A DNA stretch of 64,000 bases from Candidatus Woesearchaeota archaeon (GTDB lineage: Archaea > Nanobdellota > Nanobdellia > Pacearchaeales > GW2011-AR1). The translations under genes and the position numbers were made by a program. The stretch lies in NCBI GenBank assembly GCA_964578845.1, contig CAZOEF010000003.1, positions 74,137 through 138,136 of the forward strand, read 5' to 3'. Below the pieces are notes generated by a model. It worked only from the letters and a program-made list of their open reading frames with translations. It was not told where the DNA came from and did not search any database. Positions 62,024 through 64,000 of this stretch are shown in pieces. The number at the start of each line of letters is the position of its first letter. Position 1 is the first letter of the stretch.

Positions 62024-62455
62024 ATGAAAATAGCAGTGTGTGGAAGTATGGTTTTCTCTCCAGAAATGATCTCTGCAAGAAGTACCTTAGAAAATTTAGG
62101 ACATCAAGTCATTCTTCCAGAGTTTACAGAACATTACGCTAAGCTTAATTCACAAGACGAAATACACAACGAATCAGTAAATAATAAAATGCAGCATGAT
62201 CTGATAAAGGGGCATTTTGATAAGATAAAAGATGCTGATGCGATCCTAGTTTATAACTTAACTAAAAAAGGTATAGAAAATTATATTGGAGGAAACACCT
62301 TCCTTGAAATGGGTTTTGCTCATGTGCTAGACAAAAAGATATTCCTCCTAAATTCCCTCCCTGAGATTCCTGCATATAAAGACGAGATGGAAGCGATGAA
62401 ACCAATAATCTTGAACGGAGATTTGGTCAATATACCAGAGCAGATCATAACTTAA
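62024..62455 (+). CDS. nucleoside 2-deoxyribosyltransferase-like fold protein
   Basis: 143 aa with MKIAVCGSM...DADAILVYNL...GGNTFLEMGFAHVLDKKIFLL. Confidence 0.45.
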   Translation: MKIAVCGSMVFSPEMISARSTLENLGHQVILPEFTEHYAKLNSQDEIHNESVNNKMQHDLIKGHFDKIKDADAILVYNLTKKGIENYIGGNTFLEMGFAHVLDKKIFLLNSLPEIPAYKDEMEAMKPIILNGDLVNIPEQIIT

Positions 62456-63368
62456 CTTCCTTGATCAATCCCTTAATTCTCTCTGCAGCTTCCATCAGCT
62501 GCCTCTGTTCATTCTCTTCCAAAGGTAAAGTAACTATTTTCTCTAAGCCATTCTCTCCCACTATACATGGCACTCCGATAAATACATCATTTAATCCATA
62601 CTCACCTTTCAATTGCACTGAACAAGGCAATATCTGTTTTTCGTCCTTAACGATTGTTTCAACAAGTTTGGCTATTGCAGCTCCGACAGAAAAAGAGGCA
62701 TTTGAATTCAACAGTTTAACTATTTCAGCTCCAGCATCTTTAGTATGTTTCACTAATGAGTCTATTTTCTCTGGAGTGAGTAAAGCTGTTAAAGGAATTC
62801 CTCCGACAGTTGAGAATTTAGGAACTGGAACCATATTCTCACCATGGCTCCCTAAGACCAAGGCTGAAATTTCATTCACAGAAATTCCTAATTCTAAAGC
62901 AATAAAGCTCCTGAATCTTGATGAATCTAGTATGCCTGCCATTCCTATGACTTTTCTCCTGTGGAACTTTGAAGCCTTTAAGGCTACGTGAGTCATCACA
63001 TCCAGCGGATTAGTAACCATTATCAATACAGCCTTTGGAGACAGCTTAGCTAATTTCTTTACTAAAGGAAACACAACTTCGGCATTACCTTGCACTAGTT
63101 CCTCACGCGACATTCCAGGCTTTCGCGGAGCTCCCGAAGTAAAGACAATTATATCAGACTTTTTCGTATCTTCTAATTTATCAGTCCCGATTATTCTAGA
63201 ATCAAAGCCCACTAGCGGTCCTGCCTCAATCAGATCTAGAGCATTCCCGACAGCCTTGTCAGCTGATCTGTTCCATAAGACAATATCGCCTAGCTCTTTC
63301 ATAGCTAACCATGCAGCAGCCTCCCTGCCAACATTCCCTGCACCTATCACCGAAATCTTTTTTCTCAC
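62445..63368 (-). CDS. mdh: malate dehydrogenase (LDH-like MDH)
   Basis: 307 aa with a GTG start. Motifs are ISVIGAGNVG, GAPRKPGMSREEL, VTNPLD and GSHGENMVP. Confidence 0.9.
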   Translation of the reverse strand: MRKKISVIGAGNVGREAAAWLAMKELGDIVLWNRSADKAVGNALDLIEAGPLVGFDSRIIGTDKLEDTKKSDIIVFTSGAPRKPGMSREELVQGNAEVVFPLVKKLAKLSPKAVLIMVTNPLDVMTHVALKASKFHRRKVIGMAGILDSSRFRSFIALELGISVNEISALVLGSHGENMVPVPKFSTVGGIPLTALLTPEKIDSLVKHTKDAGAEIVKLLNSNASFSVGAAIAKLVETIVKDEKQILPCSVQLKGEYGLNDVFIGVPCIVGENGLEKIVTLPLEENEQRQLMEAAERIKGLIKEVKL

Positions 63369-63448
63369 TTATTATATTATGAAAAAGAGTATTTAAGAGT
63401 AACCAACAGCTCCAAAATCTTATAAACAATCTCGCACACTTCAAGACC

Positions 63449-64000
63449 ATGAGAAAAATAATTGTTTTAGAGTTTGTTTCACTTGATGGCATCTTGCAGG
63501 CGCCAGGTGGACCTGAAGAAGATACCTCTGACGGCTTCAAATACGGTGGCTGGACTGTTCCATATTTTGATGAATTCTCTGGCAAGGCCATAGGAGAACA
63601 GATGAAGCAGCCGTTCAGTTTGCTCCTTGGAAGGAAAACCTTTGAGATATTCGCATCTTATTGGCCCCAGCATGAAAACGGTTGGCCAGGCATAAATGAA
63701 GCCGCCAAGTATGTGGTTTCAAATACTATCGCAAAACATGATTGGAAAAATTCTGTTTTCATAAGTGGCGATGTTGTAGAGGAAATTAAAAAGCTCAAAA
63801 ACCAAGATGGCCCGGATTTGCATGTTTATGGGAGCGGCAATCTTGTCCAGACGCTTCTCAAGTACAATTTAGTTGATGAATTGTGGCTCAAGATATTCCC
63901 AATTACACTGGGCGCAGGCAAGCGTCTTTTTGCCGAAGGCGTAGTTCCAACAGCATTTAAGTTAACAGAAAGCAAAGTTTCGCCTAGTGGAGTTATCTTC
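63449..64000 (+). CDS. RibD_C/dihydrofolate-reductase-like family protein (3' end outside window)
   Basis: Hand-translated MRKIIVLEFVSLDGILQAPGGPEEDTSDGFKYGGW...LLLGRKTFEIFASYWP...LHVYGSGNLVQTLL. It is open to the window end and so is absent from the ORF track. Confidence 0.7.
   Translation, partial: MRKIIVLEFVSLDGILQAPGGPEEDTSDGFKYGGWTVPYFDEFSGKAIGEQMKQPFSLLLGRKTFEIFASYWPQHENGWPGINEAAKYVVSNTIAKHDWKNSVFISGDVVEEIKKLKNQDGPDLHVYGSGNLVQTLLKYNLVDELWLKIFPITLGAGKRLFAEGVVPTAFKLTESKVSPSGVIF

Noticed and set aside
61329-62991. Minus-strand ORF 61329..61919 (196 aa) and plus-strand ORF 62461..62991 (176 aa).
   Set aside because: They are antisense to the IDH-family and MDH genes respectively. Both real genes carry diagnostic motifs.
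63259-63673. Minus-strand ORFs 63259..63591 and 63479..63673.
   Set aside because: The first is an out-of-frame extension of the mdh region. The second is antisense to the RibD_C-like gene, which continues open to the window end.

Overview
AT-rich (about 35% GC by eye), very gene-dense archaeal window with short or overlapping intergenic regions. Archaeal markers are RadA, aIF2-alpha, eS27, uS15, aEF-1beta, RPA, Hef/XPF, an EndoQ-like protein, Bud32, a RecJ/GAN-like DHH protein and a Nop10-like mini-ORF. Lys-rich proteins, small genes and many surface proteins suggest a DPANN-type (Woese-/Pacearchaeota-like) episymbiont; this is inference only.

Main blocks:
1. 1-14.7 kb: a cell-surface island. 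It holds a 1215-aa membrane-spanning HerA/COG0433-type ATPase fused to a large ectodomain, with a 4-gene tail, and a tightly coupled operon of glycoprotein-like secreted or anchored proteins. Two unannotated ribbon-helix-helix mini-genes, each with operator-like repeats, sit in front of surface-protein genes.
2. 14.7-28 kb: information-processing genes, tRNA-Gln and tRNA-Arg, a free-standing LAGLIDADG gene overlapping tRNA-Gln, and a eukaryote-type OGFOD1/Tpa1-like 2OG oxygenase split into two coupled ORFs.
3. 28-42 kb: a type IV pilus-like locus with a prepilin peptidase, about 11 pilin-like genes with class III signal peptides, a PilC/FlaJ-like platform protein and a PilB/FlaI-like ATPase.
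4. 42-50 kb: coiled-coil proteins, a PRC-barrel gene plus three tandem membrane paralogs, and Hef split into separate helicase and nuclease genes.
5. 50-64 kb: a candidate ~100-nt structured RNA next to a NYN-like gene, then a TCA-related set (malic enzyme, citrate synthase, PrpD, IDH-family, MDH). These are interleaved with Arg-rich orphan genes and an HTH/tandem-repeat protein.

No CRISPR array, rRNA operon or clear IS element was seen. All family assignments come from motif recognition by eye and need profile searches.
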